The notes: generated from the sequence alone by a model not told the origin. A stretch of DNA of 64,000 nucleotides from Sulfolobales archaeon HS-7 (GCA_019704295.1 AP024596.1:352001-416000), one strand, 5' to 3'. Shown: positions 30,220 through 42,777, counted from the first letter of the stretch. Program-made: numbers and translations.

Positions 30220-31629
30220 AAGGGCTATTCCCTCAGACCTCGAGTCCGCAACACTAATGTATACATTATCTTTCCTTTTCATCGCTTGAACCACACCTAC
30301 GGCTCCGGAAAAGTACTCAACCTGAGTTGCTGGTATATTCAACCTTTTTTCCGCTACTACCTTACCGTTATAATAGACGAACCTGGGAGCATTAACAGCC
30401 TCATCAATCTCCATAGAGTAATCAACATAATACTCTAATACCTGAGAGTGAACTTGAGGACGCAAGTGTCCAGCTGCACAACCTATAACTAATTCCTCTT
30501 TTCCATTTTCCGCATACATGATCGAGAGGGTGTGCAGAGGTCGCTTTCTAGGCTCTAACTTGTTTTTCCCTGAAGTGAATCCAGCTCCCCTATTTTGGAA
30601 TATTATATCATTTACCATAATGCCACTACCGAAGGGTTCGAACAAGCTTTGAATAAAACCTATGTTATTCTCACCATCGCCAACGGCAAAGAACGTAGTA
30701 TCCTTTCCCTTCTCGTTATAAATTCCCTCTCTCTCTACATTTTTCCTTAAGTAGTCTTCAGAGAGTAGAAACGCGGGGAATTCAGAAAATCTGAGATCAG
30801 CAACGTAAGAATCCCTATCTGAATATGCGGATATCGCAATTTTGACGTGGTTATTAATTCTGTTTAGGTCGTTATAGGGAAGTTTATTTATGCCTGTCAT
30901 CTCTATCATTTTCAGCATTTCCAGCGTCGTTATTCCCTGCGAATTGGGTGGAAGTTCATATACTTCCCAGTCCTTATACTGTGAAGTTATTGGTTTGACA
31001 ATCTCACCCGTGTATTCGGAAAAGTCACTTAGTTCAAATGATCCGCCAAGCCTGTTTAACTCCTCTACTAAATTCTGGGCGATTTCACCCTCATAAAAGT
31101 CTCGAGGGTCTTTAGCTATTCTTTTTAGCATTAGTCCCAGTGATGGAAGTCTAACCACGTCACCAAATCTCTTCTTCCCGAACTTTCTCTTTAATTCCTC
31201 AGATACGTCCCTTGCGTTAATTATCGCACTGTTTAGTGTTCTTGAAACGGGAAAACCGTTAACTGCAAGCGATATCGCGGGCTTAAGTATCTGTTCTAAC
31301 GATAGGGTACAGTAGTTGTCATAAATGTAACTCCACATATCCACTAACCCTGGAATAGTTATCGAATTAACTCCCTTTTCCGTAACCTCCCTAGCGGCCT
31401 TTGGAGACCATCCAGATCCGTTGTACGCTATGAAATCTCCACCTGACTTAGCTAGCATGAAACCATCTCCCCCAATACCACTGGTCGATGGCAAAACAAC
31501 ACCTAGAACTGCGCTAACTGCTATAGCCGCATCGAAGGCGTTACCCCCCATTTCCAGTATCTTTATTCCAGCAAGTGTAGCTAGAGGACTTTGCGACGTC
31601 ACTGTTTTTTTACCTATTGAAACCGGCAT
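30211..31629 (-). CDS. ggt: gamma-glutamyltransferase family protein
   Basis: GGNAFDAAIA, SGIGGDGF, PPNSQG, nucleophile DTT, RPLHTL. Confidence 0.9.
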   Translation of the reverse strand: MPVSIGKKTVTSQSPLATLAGIKILEMGGNAFDAAIAVSAVLGVVLPSTSGIGGDGFMLAKSGGDFIAYNGSGWSPKAAREVTEKGVNSITIPGLVDMWSYIYDNYCTLSLEQILKPAISLAVNGFPVSRTLNSAIINARDVSEELKRKFGKKRFGDVVRLPSLGLMLKRIAKDPRDFYEGEIAQNLVEELNRLGGSFELSDFSEYTGEIVKPITSQYKDWEVYELPPNSQGITTLEMLKMIEMTGINKLPYNDLNRINNHVKIAISAYSDRDSYVADLRFSEFPAFLLSEDYLRKNVEREGIYNEKGKDTTFFAVGDGENNIGFIQSLFEPFGSGIMVNDIIFQNRGAGFTSGKNKLEPRKRPLHTLSIMYAENGKEELVIGCAAGHLRPQVHSQVLEYYVDYSMEIDEAVNAPRFVYYNGKVVAEKRLNIPATQVEYFSGAVGVVQAMKRKDNVYISVADSRSEGIALSL

Positions 31630-31691
31630 GGTTAACCTTACATCTGCCCTTTAATTAATATATCTTCGGAATCCACTAAATTTTGTAAAAA

Positions 31692-33092
31692 TTAAGTAAA
31701 TCTCCACGTCGTTCTCTCCTTACCATCAAGGATGGCTATCCCTATATTGTTCAATATTTTCCTTATTTCGTCTGACAATTCGTATTCCTTTCTCTTACGC
31801 AATAAATTACGTATTTCCACGATAGAATCGATCAACTTGATCATGTCTTCATTCCCCCCCTTCAGATCAGCGTCAAGAACACCAAAGACATCGTTGAATT
31901 TAGATAGAATGTTATAGGCTAGAAGAGCTGAGGAAAAGTCCTCAGTCTTTTTAATACTAGAGAATATCACGGACACTACCTCATGTATGTATGAAACGGC
32001 GAGAGGGGTATCAAAATCGTCATCAAGAGCATCGTCTATTTTTCTCGACAGTGATAAAAGAGTCCTGTTAGCGTTTAGTGCGTCTTCGGAGGAGGAGAAT
32101 TTCGGCCCTTCCTTGATTATCCCCCTCAGAAGAGAGATGGCATCTCTTACTCTAGTTAAGGCATTAGACGCGGTGGTTAGGTTTTCCTCTGAGAAATCAA
32201 CCGTACTCCTATAGTGGGAGGACAGGAACCAATACCTCAATGTAGATGCCCCGTATTTTTCTAAGGCATACCTTAGCGGTATTATATTCCCCAAACTCTT
32301 GGACATTTTATCTTTATTTATCGTTAAAAATGAAACGTGTAACCAGTAGTTGACCCATTTATGGGAGAAGAAAGACTCGCTCTGAGCTATCTCGTTTTCG
32401 TGGTGTGGGAATATTAAGTCCATTCCCCCTCCGTGAATGTCAAACCGCTCTCCGAGGTACTTAGTTGACATAACGGAACACTCTATATGCCATCCCGGTC
32501 TTCCCCTACCCCATGGTGACTCCCAATAGGGTTCTCCAGGCTTAGAGGATTTCCATAGTGCGAAATCATATGGGTGTTTCTTTTCCGTTAAGACCTCGGA
32601 TTCCTGTTCCCACTTCTCTTTCTGGGTGTTAGACAATTTCCCGTATTCCGGAAAGGTATCTACGTCAAAGTAGACGCTTCCTGATTTCGCTACATACGCG
32701 TGTCCCTTATTTATTAGACCTGTTATGAAATCTATTATTTCATTAATGTGATATGTTACACGAGGATGTGCGTGTACTTCTATCCCCAACCTCGATATGT
32801 CCTCCAAGTACTCCCTAGTATAGCGATCGGCTACACTTTCCCAACTTGACCCTTCCTTATTTGCTTTGTTGATTATTTTGTCATCTATGTCCGTAATATT
32901 CTGAACCTTAAAAACGGTGTATCCACGGCTTATGAAGTACCTAGCAAGAGCATCGAAGAAAGTAAAAGTTCTCCCATGTCCTATATGGATCGAGTCCTGA
33001 ACTGTAGGACCACATACGTACATTTTCACTAAGCCGTCGGTAATTGGGACAAACTGTTGTTTTTCCCTTCCTAACGTATTGTAAAGTCTCAA
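31692..33092 (-). CDS. cysS: cysteine--tRNA ligase
   Basis: [30 protein letters not shown]. Confidence 0.97.
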   Translation of the reverse strand: MRLYNTLGREKQQFVPITDGLVKMYVCGPTVQDSIHIGHGRTFTFFDALARYFISRGYTVFKVQNITDIDDKIINKANKEGSSWESVADRYTREYLEDISRLGIEVHAHPRVTYHINEIIDFITGLINKGHAYVAKSGSVYFDVDTFPEYGKLSNTQKEKWEQESEVLTEKKHPYDFALWKSSKPGEPYWESPWGRGRPGWHIECSVMSTKYLGERFDIHGGGMDLIFPHHENEIAQSESFFSHKWVNYWLHVSFLTINKDKMSKSLGNIIPLRYALEKYGASTLRYWFLSSHYRSTVDFSEENLTTASNALTRVRDAISLLRGIIKEGPKFSSSEDALNANRTLLSLSRKIDDALDDDFDTPLAVSYIHEVVSVIFSSIKKTEDFSSALLAYNILSKFNDVFGVLDADLKGGNEDMIKLIDSIVEIRNLLRKRKEYELSDEIRKILNNIGIAILDGKERTTWRFT

Positions 33093-33997
33093 CTTAGTTC
33101 CTCCGTCATCTGTCTGGCTTTCGGGATGACGTGGAGAGCATAGGGATCTTCCTTAAGTTCATTAGCTAGGTGTATTGACGTAAGATCTCCAAAGTAAACG
33201 AGAAAACCTGCGTTTTTTAGCCTTCCTGAAAATCTTTCCCTCACTATATATGAGTTGATCAGCTTATTCGTCACCTCCGATATTTCGTCATGCCCTAGTA
33301 TTATTGGAAATAGAGATTCAAAGTGCCTGAAACCCTCAATTTCATTATGATGGATTTCAGGAATCCTATTAAAAAATGCAGGGTATTTTGCGTTTTCGTT
33401 AATTTCCTGCTTCATCCTTTCAGCGACCGGAAAGTATTTTGAACTGTATATTACAGGTACTTTTCCAAGTATCTTCTCGGAGAGCTCTTTTGGTCCTGCG
33501 GAAATTATGTCCTTAGAATCCCTAATCCCATCTGCCATGTCCGTTATTCTCAAGCCCAACCTGTAACTAAAGTTTATTACATTTAATAGAGGAATGACGA
33601 GATAGGGAAACATAACTCGTGGTTGTTCCCCCCCTGGAACCTTTATGCAATCGAGATCTTTCTCCTCACATATCTTCCACATCTTTCCCCCAGACGTTAT
33701 TCCTATCACATGCGCTCCTCTTTCTAGAGATGATAAAACGATCCTTAAAGTTTCGACAGTATTTCCAGAGTAGGTAACTGCTATTAGGTTTGAAAGTCGA
33801 TCCACGGCCCTTGGAAGAGATACGGTTCTTAACGTTTGGAATGAAAAGGGGGGATCTAAAAGTTCAACCACGTCACCAGTAATCCCGCTTCCTCCAAGAC
33901 CCGCTATGAAGACCTTGTCCCTTACAGGTATTATCGGAACCTCTAAATCTAAAGCCTTATAGAATAGTTCATCCCATCGAGAGTAAACATCAAGCAC
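33089..33997 (-). CDS. bifunctional phosphoglucose/phosphomannose isomerase
   Basis: [34 protein letters not shown] 33997 preferred over 34018. Confidence 0.88.
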   Translation of the reverse strand: MLDVYSRWDELFYKALDLEVPIIPVRDKVFIAGLGGSGITGDVVELLDPPFSFQTLRTVSLPRAVDRLSNLIAVTYSGNTVETLRIVLSSLERGAHVIGITSGGKMWKICEEKDLDCIKVPGGEQPRVMFPYLVIPLLNVINFSYRLGLRITDMADGIRDSKDIISAGPKELSEKILGKVPVIYSSKYFPVAERMKQEINENAKYPAFFNRIPEIHHNEIEGFRHFESLFPIILGHDEISEVTNKLINSYIVRERFSGRLKNAGFLVYFGDLTSIHLANELKEDPYALHVIPKARQMTEELS

Positions 33998-34427
33998 CTT
34001 TAAACACCATAGATACATTTACCGTTAGCATGGTCTGATTAACGGTAAATGTTATGGAATCTAGACCCATATCCTTCATATTCGACTTAACGATAGCAAC
34101 TATCTCCCCGATCAATCCGGTACAAAAGTCGAGAAGGGAATCCATTAATTCGAAAATCTCCTCCGACTTTATGGTAGATGTTAATGTGGGCTGAAATGCG
34201 GAAATAGTAAGCATGTTGGCCTTAGTAACAATTAGAGAGACACTGGAGATCACATCGTTCCACGCTTTTTCCCTAACCTTATCATCAAAGGAATCGATGA
34301 TTTCAGAAAAGCGCTTTAACTCCCTACTTAGGTACTTTAAAATCTCCCCCTCTTGAACGGATAAGGGCCTCTTTTCTAGGTCGTTAATATTTTGGAGTAA
34401 TACCGATAGTTTGGCTTTGCTATTCAT
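33990..34427 (-). CDS. hypothetical protein
   Basis: 145-aa ORF heading the apparent pgi/pmi-cysS operon. Confidence 0.65.
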   Translation of the reverse strand: MNSKAKLSVLLQNINDLEKRPLSVQEGEILKYLSRELKRFSEIIDSFDDKVREKAWNDVISSVSLIVTKANMLTISAFQPTLTSTIKSEEIFELMDSLLDFCTGLIGEIVAIVKSNMKDMGLDSITFTVNQTMLTVNVSMVFKGA

Positions 34428-34479
34428 AGTTTAAGCTTACTAACTAGAAATAATAAGTTAAACTAAATATTAGCTCCAT

Positions 34480-35766
34480 ATGGATAGAGTTATTGTTATA
34501 GGTGGTGGGGCTGCGGGGATGAGTGCAGCCTCTAGGATAAGAAGATTGAACGAACACGTGAGAATAACAGTGTTTGAGAGAACTCCTCTCGTAAGTCATG
34601 CACCTTGTGGAATCCCTTACTATATTGAGGGGTTGTTCGATGATTACTCTCTTTTCATGACCTATACTCCTCAATTCTTCATGGAAAAGCGAAATATAGA
34701 GGTTAAAACAGGAGTAACGGTTGAGGAAATCGAAACTAAAGACAGGAAGATATATGTTAATTCAAACGATAAGAAAGAGGTTGAAGAGTACGATTACTTG
34801 GTGTACGCAACAGGGGCAAAACCAGCCATGCCAAAATTTCCAGTAAACGGGGAGGTCTTTCTAATACATCATCCTGCTGACGCTGAGGAAATTAGGGAGA
34901 AACTTTGGAGTACACGTAAAGTAATTATCGTTGGGGGAGGAATAGTCGGAGTAGAAATGGCTGAGGCCTTAACGAAGAAGGGTAAAGAAGTCGCGTTGCT
35001 TCACAGGGGTAAATGGATTCTCAATAAAGTTATTGATCAGGATATGGCTGAGGAAGTTCAAGAGGAAATGAAGAGGGTTGGAGTAGACCTTCACCTTGGG
35101 GAGGAGGTCATTGAGGTAAATGCGGAAAAGGTTTTAACGAAAAGTGGAGAGTATAAGGCAGATGCAGTTATTTTAGGCGTAGGCGTTAAGCCTAATGTCC
35201 AACTTTTAAGGGATTCCGTAAGAATAGGTGAAACAGGAGCGGTGTGGACTGATCAGACCATGAGGACGTCTGACGAATACATATATGCTGTGGGAGATGC
35301 CGCCGAATCTATTAACATAGTTACTGGGAAAAGGGACTGGGAACCGTTCGCTCCAGTAGCTAACAAGATGGGATATGTTGCAGGCTCGAACATCGCGGGA
35401 TACCCAATGAAGTTTCCAGGTGTAGTAGGAACAATCATAACTAAATTTAACGAGACATTCATAGGCAAAACAGGCGCATTTATAGGAACAGGGGTAAAAA
35501 TAAAAGGGAGAACTAGGGCCAGATATTATCCGGGAGGGACAGACATTTACGTCAAACTATATGTTGATGAAGGTAGTAAAAGAATAACAGGAGGCCAGAT
35601 CGTCGGAAAAGAGGAAGTGCTAGGCAGAGTAAACACTATTGCCTCCCTAATACTTAAAGGTGGTACAGTTGAGGACCTCTTCTTTTCCGAGTTAGGTTAC
35701 TTGCCAGCTATTTCCCAAGTTTGGGACCCCTTAATAGTAGCGGCAAGGCAATTCCTTCGAGGCTGA
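34480..35766 (+). CDS. CoA-disulfide reductase/NADH oxidase family flavoprotein
   Basis: GGGAAG, SHAPCGIP redox Cys, GGGIVG, YAVGD, YYPGG. Confidence 0.9.
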   Translation: MDRVIVIGGGAAGMSAASRIRRLNEHVRITVFERTPLVSHAPCGIPYYIEGLFDDYSLFMTYTPQFFMEKRNIEVKTGVTVEEIETKDRKIYVNSNDKKEVEEYDYLVYATGAKPAMPKFPVNGEVFLIHHPADAEEIREKLWSTRKVIIVGGGIVGVEMAEALTKKGKEVALLHRGKWILNKVIDQDMAEEVQEEMKRVGVDLHLGEEVIEVNAEKVLTKSGEYKADAVILGVGVKPNVQLLRDSVRIGETGAVWTDQTMRTSDEYIYAVGDAAESINIVTGKRDWEPFAPVANKMGYVAGSNIAGYPMKFPGVVGTIITKFNETFIGKTGAFIGTGVKIKGRTRARYYPGGTDIYVKLYVDEGSKRITGGQIVGKEEVLGRVNTIASLILKGGTVEDLFFSELGYLPAISQVWDPLIVAARQFLRG

Positions 35767-35779
35767 TTAATTTTTCAAA

Positions 35780-36118
35780 TTAGATTACTGCCTGAAACTT
35801 CTTACTACAATTACTTAGACCGCTTCTCACTACAGAGAGTATATCTTCCTTGAGGACGTAATTGTATTTTGGTCTACCAACCTTTCTGTCTTCAACCTTA
35901 TGTCTTTCAACGAGTCCAACTTCTATCAGCTTCTTGAGACTGCTTTCCACAGTAGTTTTGCTCAGATTCATGTTCTTAGCTAACTCTTCTGAAGTAGCTT
36001 TTCCTCCGATTTGAATCAACCTTAAGAAACAGTCCACATCTGTATCGGTTATTTGAAAACAACACCTTATAGCATCCCTACTCTCCCTTAATCTCTGAAT
36101 ATCTATAGTTTGCTCCAT
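35780..36118 (-). CDS. winged-helix transcriptional regulator (TrmB-like HTH)
   Basis: EELAKNMNLSKTTVESSLKKL...VGRPKY; CC motif near the N-terminus. Confidence 0.85.
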   Translation of the reverse strand: MEQTIDIQRLRESRDAIRCCFQITDTDVDCFLRLIQIGGKATSEELAKNMNLSKTTVESSLKKLIEVGLVERHKVEDRKVGRPKYNYVLKEDILSVVRSGLSNCSKKFQAVI

Positions 36119-36270
36119 ATTTTAATTAGTTATGTATTACCCTATAAAAGTTTTTTCCTCCGTATCTAACTTTTTAATTTTTTTATTTCGAAATCAATTA
36201 TCTCATAAAGAAATAGTTATCTTTTTGAACTATATATAGGGAATTATTCCCGACGATATCGACCTCACAA

Positions 36271-36286
36271 GGTATTAGGTAATACC
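36271..36286. promoter_or_regulatory. palindrome GGTATTA-GG-TAATACC, possible operator
   Basis: Perfect 7-bp inverted repeat ~150 bp upstream of the HTH gene. Confidence 0.3.
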
Positions 36287-36668
36287 AAAACTTCATGAAC
36301 AGGGTTAATGTGTTATTTCAGCTCATCTAATTAAACACGTTCGGTAGCGGGAAGAGGTAAGCTGTTAAATAACTATTTATTAGATTGAACCGAAAAAGTT
36401 TCGAAGAGAGAAAGAAAAAGATGTTTGCATAAACCTTATACGGAAAAATAATATCGTGGGATTAACTTGAGGAGGTCTAAGAGAGAATCTTACTTTTAAT
36501 TTACCTGACGTTAAAATCTTATTAATCACAACCTCTGCTATAAACTGAATTCGTGGAAGAGTAAATGGCAATGACGAGGTTTAACTATATTCAAACGTTT
36601 CTACTTTAACGAAAACTCATGTTATCACGATTTACTATTTTTAAGCTATGTAAGAGGAATTTCTTAGT

Positions 36669-36965
36669 ATGCAACCATTTTACTTTAAGTCATACGATAG
36701 AATTGTTAGTGAAGTACACGATGTGAATGAATTAAAGGAAAAATTAGAAGAAATCGGTAAGTCCGACCCTGCATGCGTAAACTGGCATTTATCACAGGGA
36801 CACATATCGGCTTGGCTCCATTACATAGGTGAGCATGGATTGGCAGAAGTGTTAAGGAACGTTAATGACTATAGGGAGGCTGTATCGAGAATCAACGAGT
36901 TTGAGACTATAGGGAAGAAGATCCGGCAAAAACAGAGTAGTAGAAGAAGTAAATCTAAAAGATGA
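36669..36965 (+). CDS. small hypothetical protein (DUF5752-like)
   Basis: PFYFKS...WHLSQGHISAWL pattern; TTTTAAG promoter upstream. Confidence 0.7.
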   Translation: MQPFYFKSYDRIVSEVHDVNELKEKLEEIGKSDPACVNWHLSQGHISAWLHYIGEHGLAEVLRNVNDYREAVSRINEFETIGKKIRQKQSSRRSKSKR

Positions 36966-37196
36966 TGGTAATACCTTTGATCTTACGAATGAGAAATTTT
37001 CAGATGCTTCATTCAAAAATTTCAGCTTACGATGACGTTATTATGTAATACCCTTACGAAACTGGTCTGAGATTTTGGGTTCTTTGATAAGTAAGTTGTG
37101 AGTTTATGAATTAAGCATTAAAAAAATAAATATCAGGAGACAGCCGTAACATTTTCACCATTCCCTCACCTTAATAAAACACGTCCGGATCATTGT

Positions 37197-37457
<261 letters not shown>

Positions 37458-37726
37458 CATCATGAGAAATAAATAATTATCCCCCAGAAAGATATTTGTT
37501 TCTGCTTTAGTTCCGAGACACAAGTTTTGAAAGCTGAGTTTACAGGATCTCCAATACTTCATCGGTTTTACATTAAGTTTCTAACGTTTAACTTATCATA
37601 TTTTCTTATATATATTAAAAATTCTTAGAATTTCGATTCCACCAATAGTCACTAACTTTAAGCCAGGAGATGTTCATCAAAAAAGTCTTTTTCCTTTTCA
37701 GGATATAGTTATAAAATTTCATCACT

Positions 37727-38191
37727 TCACTCGAGTTTTTTAATAAATTCATAGTGTATCTCTCTAAAGTCCCTCTTTTTGTAGAAGGAAACTGCTATTA
37801 GGTTCTTTGCAGGAAATCTTGCTGTTATCGACCTTACGTTTTTCTTTTTAAGTTCTTGGCTAACGTAGTTGAGAAGCATGTCGCCTACTCCTTCTCTCCT
37901 GTAAGCTGGCATCACGTATATTTCTTCGATTAACGCAACTGCCTCTGGTACATAGTATCTCCTCTTGTTTATTCTTACCCTAGCTGCTCCAATTACCTTT
38001 CCTTCATCCTCTGCAACCACAACTACGCTGTTTTCGCTCCTTAAATCCTCTATGATGCTTTTCCTTAATCTCTCATCAATGTCATCAGGTATTTCCAAAA
38101 GGGGATCGAATTCAGAATTCAGAGAATACATTCTTGAAAACATGTCAACTATAAATTCTACGTCTTTTTCCTCAGCTCTCCTAATCTGCAT
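37727..38191 (-). CDS. GNAT family N-acetyltransferase
   Basis: [22 protein letters not shown]. Confidence 0.9.
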   Translation of the reverse strand: MQIRRAEEKDVEFIVDMFSRMYSLNSEFDPLLEIPDDIDERLRKSIIEDLRSENSVVVVAEDEGKVIGAARVRINKRRYYVPEAVALIEEIYVMPAYRREGVGDMLLNYVSQELKKKNVRSITARFPAKNLIAVSFYKKRDFREIHYEFIKKLE

Positions 38192-39452
38192 TCTTTTCCA
38201 CCTCGCTAATGATCTTGCGAGAGTATATTATTCTTTGCTTGGCTTGGTTTACGAATTCCTCTTTCGACATTTTAACCCTAGCATATCCCCTCTCCACCGC
38301 CTTTTCTGCTACAGCTCCAGCCACCTCGTAATATACGTCCCATTGGTCCATCCTAGGAATTATGTAATCTTTCTTTAATCCTACTCTTTTTGCATAGCTA
38401 GCTAGGGTCTCTGACGCTGCTATTACCATATCGTCATCGACTTTCGACGCCCTACTGTCCAGAACACCCCTGAAAACAGCAGGAAAAACTAATGAATTAT
38501 TGACTTGATTTGGGAAATCACTCCTTCCTGTTGCTACGATTTCTGCGCCTGCTTCTACTGCCTCATCCGGAAATATCTCCGGTACTGGGTTAGCTAGTGC
38601 GAAAACTATTGGCCTTTTCATAAGGGATATCCACCTTTTGGAGATCACTCCAGGTCCTGGAGATGAGGCAGCTATTAGTATGTCCGCGTCCTTAAACGCG
38701 TCATCAACATCCTTTATATTATATCCGTTGGTTTTTATTGCTATTTCGTATTTCCACTTATGACTAAACATCATTGCATCTAAATCCTTTCTCTCGGAAT
38801 GAAGTACACCCTCCCTGTCAATTAAGATCATATGCTTTGGATTAAATCCGTAGCTAGTAAGTAACCTGACAGTCGCTATGTTTGCAGCACCTGCGCCAAA
38901 TAAAACTATTTTACTATCCTTGTCTTTCCCTGCAAGCTCCATGGCATTGATGAGGGCAGCAAGAGTGGCACCAGCTGTTCCCTGCTGATCATCGTGCCAT
39001 ACAGGAATGTTCATACTCTGCTGAAGCTTATCTAAAATGTAAAAACACTTTGGACTCTCTATGTCCTCTAGGTTTATTCCACCAAAAGACGGTTCCAAGG
39101 CCTTACTTACCTTTATGAATTCCTCCGGATCCTTAGCTTTAAGAGGAATTGGAACGGCGTCAACTCCTCCCAAATACTTGAACAGCAAGGCTTTCCCTTC
39201 CATAACTGGCATTGCGGCTTCGGGGCCGACATCTCCGAGCCCTAGTACCCTTGTACCGTCTGTAAGGATCGCTATCATGTTCCATCTACTTGTTAGTATA
39301 AAGCTCTTATCCCTGTCGCTAGCTATCTCCCTTACTACATCAGCAACGCCAGGAGTATATATCAAGGAGAAATCGTCATAGCTCTTTATTGGAACTTTTG
39401 GTATCATCTGGATTTTGCCCTGATATTTCATTGACAATTCTATTGATCTCAT
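38181..39452 (-). CDS. NAD(P)-dependent malic enzyme
   Basis: [42 protein letters not shown]. Confidence 0.95.
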   Translation of the reverse strand: MRSIELSMKYQGKIQMIPKVPIKSYDDFSLIYTPGVADVVREIASDRDKSFILTSRWNMIAILTDGTRVLGLGDVGPEAAMPVMEGKALLFKYLGGVDAVPIPLKAKDPEEFIKVSKALEPSFGGINLEDIESPKCFYILDKLQQSMNIPVWHDDQQGTAGATLAALINAMELAGKDKDSKIVLFGAGAANIATVRLLTSYGFNPKHMILIDREGVLHSERKDLDAMMFSHKWKYEIAIKTNGYNIKDVDDAFKDADILIAASSPGPGVISKRWISLMKRPIVFALANPVPEIFPDEAVEAGAEIVATGRSDFPNQVNNSLVFPAVFRGVLDSRASKVDDDMVIAASETLASYAKRVGLKKDYIIPRMDQWDVYYEVAGAVAEKAVERGYARVKMSKEEFVNQAKQRIIYSRKIISEVEKNAD

Positions 39453-40347
39453 TGAAGTATAGGCTTTTTTCTTGTTTATAAATTATAGTTATTTCCACTA
39501 AACCCGTTCATCCTTCAGAAGTAATGAACCCCCTTCTTGGCCGATAGAACCAAAATATTTTTTCTTATAATATTTAAATAACTATTATTATTACACAAGA
39601 AAAATGACCTGCTCCGAGAAGCACACATTTCTTCACTTGCGATTCAACTTCCATGGAGAAAACGTATACCACTAGCAATGTAGATAAAACGCGTATCACG
39701 TCTATTAAGCATAAAAGGCGACAAGGGGGAAACATAGTAAGCTCAGTGATTAAGGGAAAACCCGTAGTTGAGGCTTGGCTATTACGCACCTAGAACGGTC
39801 TAACAAGAGGGGAATAGACTCCTCCGATGTTCTAACCAGTTTCTCTAGGGACTAACGGTAGCTAGTATTATGAAACGAAAGGTGGAGTATTACGCCGACT
39901 AAGGAGATATATCACGAGATAGCATCCAATATGTAACAAATATAATATATTTTATTAGCTAAGTTTTAATATATAGGAATAATCCTCCTAATGCATAATC
40001 AGGACAATAATACAAGGAAATTACGAGAAATTAAACTCCTTTGCTGACTATCTAAGCTCAAAAATATCCAGTTTTATCCTCTGCTAACTTATGGTTCATT
40101 AGGCTAAAAAGCCCTTTTCAGCTTTTATGGTTAAGAAATATACGGTTACTTATGTCTATTATTAATAAGCTTATTCATATTACTTTTTTACTCGTAATTA
40201 AACTAATTTAGCTATGGAGAAACGTATTTTATAACTTTTTAGTTTATTTGGCTATTCAATTAATTACCTGTTAGATACCATCATAAGTCTTACAGCCCTT
40301 GCCTACAATGAATGTGAATTAAAGAAAAAGAAAATAATTGTATGCAC

Positions 40348-40575
40348 TTACTCCCTTTTCTCCTGTGGAGATCCCTGATTTACGGTTGTATTAGATGTGT
40401 CATAACCGCTTTTTAACTCCCTGTCCAACTCCTTCTGGATTTCTAACTGACCTCTCTTAAATTCTCCGACGGCTCTTCCAAGATTTCTGAATAATTCAGG
40501 TATCTTCGATGCTCCACCGAAGAGTATAACAGCGACAACTATCACTATTATCCAATCATTAATACTTCCAAACAT
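40348..40575 (-). CDS. tatA: twin-arginine translocase TatA
   Basis: ILFGGASKIPELFRNLGRAVGEFKRG. Confidence 0.93.
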   Translation of the reverse strand: MFGSINDWIIVIVVAVILFGGASKIPELFRNLGRAVGEFKRGQLEIQKELDRELKSGYDTSNTTVNQGSPQEKRE

Positions 40576-40682
40576 TGTTCTCAAACAACTTTTTCCATCT
40601 TCTCATTAATAAACGTTGTGAGTAAATTCGTGTATTTTTGGTCACTCAAGTTATTAATGAATTTTTTTCCAAAGAGTTATTA

Positions 40683-41060
40683 TTACTCTATTCCTGAAAT
40701 AATAGCTCTCCAAGCCTTAGGATTATCGTCCGGTCCCTCAATATCGTCATAATATCTTCTCGCAAGGAGTAATTTCACTTTTATTTTTGTTCTCGAGGAA
40801 ATAGTAATCGGGATGCTAATCGATAGGGATTCATAAAGGTCTGAATCGACTTTTGGCGATTCCACTTTCGCGTCTATATTTAATTCCGATAGTATTGAGG
40901 CTATCGTGACTTTAGCTTGAGCCACAATTTCCTTTACTGTAGTTCCAGAAAACTCTTCCAGGAGAAGTTTCTCCTCCAGCACCTGTTTGATTTTAGTGGA
41001 TTTCGACTTATTCCGGGGTAACCTCCTAGTTGTCGTCTTACTCCTTCTCAAAAAGCCCAC
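40683..41060 (-). CDS. hypothetical protein
   Basis: 125-aa ORF, GTG start, TTATA upstream. Confidence 0.6.
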   Translation of the reverse strand: MGFLRRSKTTTRRLPRNKSKSTKIKQVLEEKLLLEEFSGTTVKEIVAQAKVTIASILSELNIDAKVESPKVDSDLYESLSISIPITISSRTKIKVKLLLARRYYDDIEGPDDNPKAWRAIISGIE

Positions 41061-41199
41061 AACATAATTTTTACCTTATAATAACATTATAACCTTTTCT
41101 GCTAACAGTGAAAGGGATTTTCCAGTTTAATTACCGTTTGATTTGATTTTAGCGAAGACCAAGTGTTATGCGGATATTAGGTTAGTAACTCTAGGTCAT

Positions 41200-41690
41200 T
41201 TCTGTTAACTTCGTGGGGTTCCTCTCCTTTGTCCTGCTCCTTCTTTCTCTCCCTCACGCCTAACACCATCCAACCGCTTTGGGGTAAACAATGAGACCGC
41301 TCATGCGTCTCCTTAGGGGCATGGCTGGCCCGTGGAAGACCCTCCGGTTAGCTTCACAAAAACGGTCCACTATGTCCTTTCAACTTGAGGATAAAGTTCT
41401 TAACATTTCTCATCCTGGCTCCTTGGATTATAGCGTGTTTCCTTAACGGGTTTTGGTTCAAACCTTTCTCTCTTTAAAAGTAATGTATACCCGCTACAGG
41501 GTATATTTGTCTCATACGCTAACCTCAGCTGGAACTTTGACGTCCTTAACGTTCGTTGACATAAGTCCTGAACCTAAATCTCACATCAGGCATCGGAAGA
41601 AATTACGTTAAGGTTGTTTATACTTTACTACATATTGAATATCCATCACCCCCTTGAAAGGCTAAGTTTTTCGCCCCCTTCAAACCTCAT
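41200..41690 (-). mobile_element. tnpB: IS200/IS605 relic: left end plus decayed 5' part of tnpB
   Basis: From ATG 41593: MPDVRFRFRTYVNE..., later ELYPQV and LIVYP...GW...VRE, broken by stops and frameshifts. Resembles the Sulfolobus TnpB N-terminus MPDVGFRFRAY. Left-end-like motif at 41641-41690 is similar to 58392-58436. Confidence 0.75.
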
Positions 41691-41934
41691 TTCATAATGT
41701 GGTAGGAGTCATGTCCAAGACGTCGGAAGGTTTGCTCAAGTGAAATCATGAATACGGTATATTTATTCTCTATCTAGTTATAATGTAATACCGGGCGTTA
41801 TATGAAACGTCGGAAAATTTATGATTAACCGGAAAAGCAGGGTTTTAAGATCCTTACAATATTCTTGATGAAAAGTTGGAAAAATACGCAAATTTTCAAA
41901 AAAGATAAAATCTATGTCTAATAGATTGAAGTGA

Positions 41935-42777
41935 ATGAGTTACCAACGACATCAGGAGAACAGAAACTACATCTTAGAGTACATAAGGGAACTTTCCGGA
42001 AGAGCTAGAAGAATAATCATAGCTATCATAATTTCCTTCGTAATTTACATGTTATTTGGCATTCAAACGGTAACGGTCTTCAATCATACAATTCCCATTA
42101 TTTTCCCCTCGTTTTATCACAGTATTTCAGTTGAACTAGTGAGGTTTTTTATACAACACAACGTCCCTAAGGGAATGCAGGTAATCAACATAAACCCCTT
42201 TGATCCCCTATTTAGCTCTATGGAAATAGCGCTGCTATTAAGTGTATTTACCGTAATGCCCGTAATACTGAGAGAGGTTTGGGGGTTCATATCTCCAGCC
42301 CTTTATGAGCATGAAAAGAGAACCCTCAGGCTTACCGTAATCCCGTCAATGATCCTCTTCGCATCTGGAGCAGCGTTTGCTTACTTCTTGATAATTCCTT
42401 TCCTTCTTCTGTTCGTAAAATACTACGCATTAAGCTTGGGTGTTCAACCCACATTAAGCGTCAGGGCTTTCATAAATATTATAGTGTCGTTTATTTTCGC
42501 TTTCGGACTTGCGTTTCAATTACCAATTGTCATGAGTGTCCTCACAAAGTTCGGATTCGTCTCATCGAGCACGTGGATGAGAAATTGGAGGTGGGGGATT
42601 CTCGTATCATTCGGCATTGCACTAATAATATCTCCTGGAACAACGGGCGGAATCATGGAGACAATAATAGGATTAGTTCTCTCCTCGCTATACGTCGTAG
42701 GAGCGCTAATCTCTCGCAGACTTGACGCAAATAGGAGATACATTGTTGGGGAAGAGAAAACCAAGATTGCCGAATAG
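41935..42777 (+). CDS. tatC: twin-arginine translocase TatC
   Basis: WGFISPALYEHE, FGLAFQLP, ISPG. Confidence 0.93.
   Translation: MSYQRHQENRNYILEYIRELSGRARRIIIAIIISFVIYMLFGIQTVTVFNHTIPIIFPSFYHSISVELVRFFIQHNVPKGMQVININPFDPLFSSMEIALLLSVFTVMPVILREVWGFISPALYEHEKRTLRLTVIPSMILFASGAAFAYFLIIPFLLLFVKYYALSLGVQPTLSVRAFINIIVSFIFAFGLAFQLPIVMSVLTKFGFVSSSTWMRNWRWGILVSFGIALIISPGTTGGIMETIIGLVLSSLYVVGALISRRLDANRRYIVGEEKTKIAE

Noticed and set aside
39453-40347. 900-bp gene-free gap, possibly a decayed gene or IS
   Set aside because: No recognisable protein fragments, repeats or convincing stems found by eye; a blastx search would be needed
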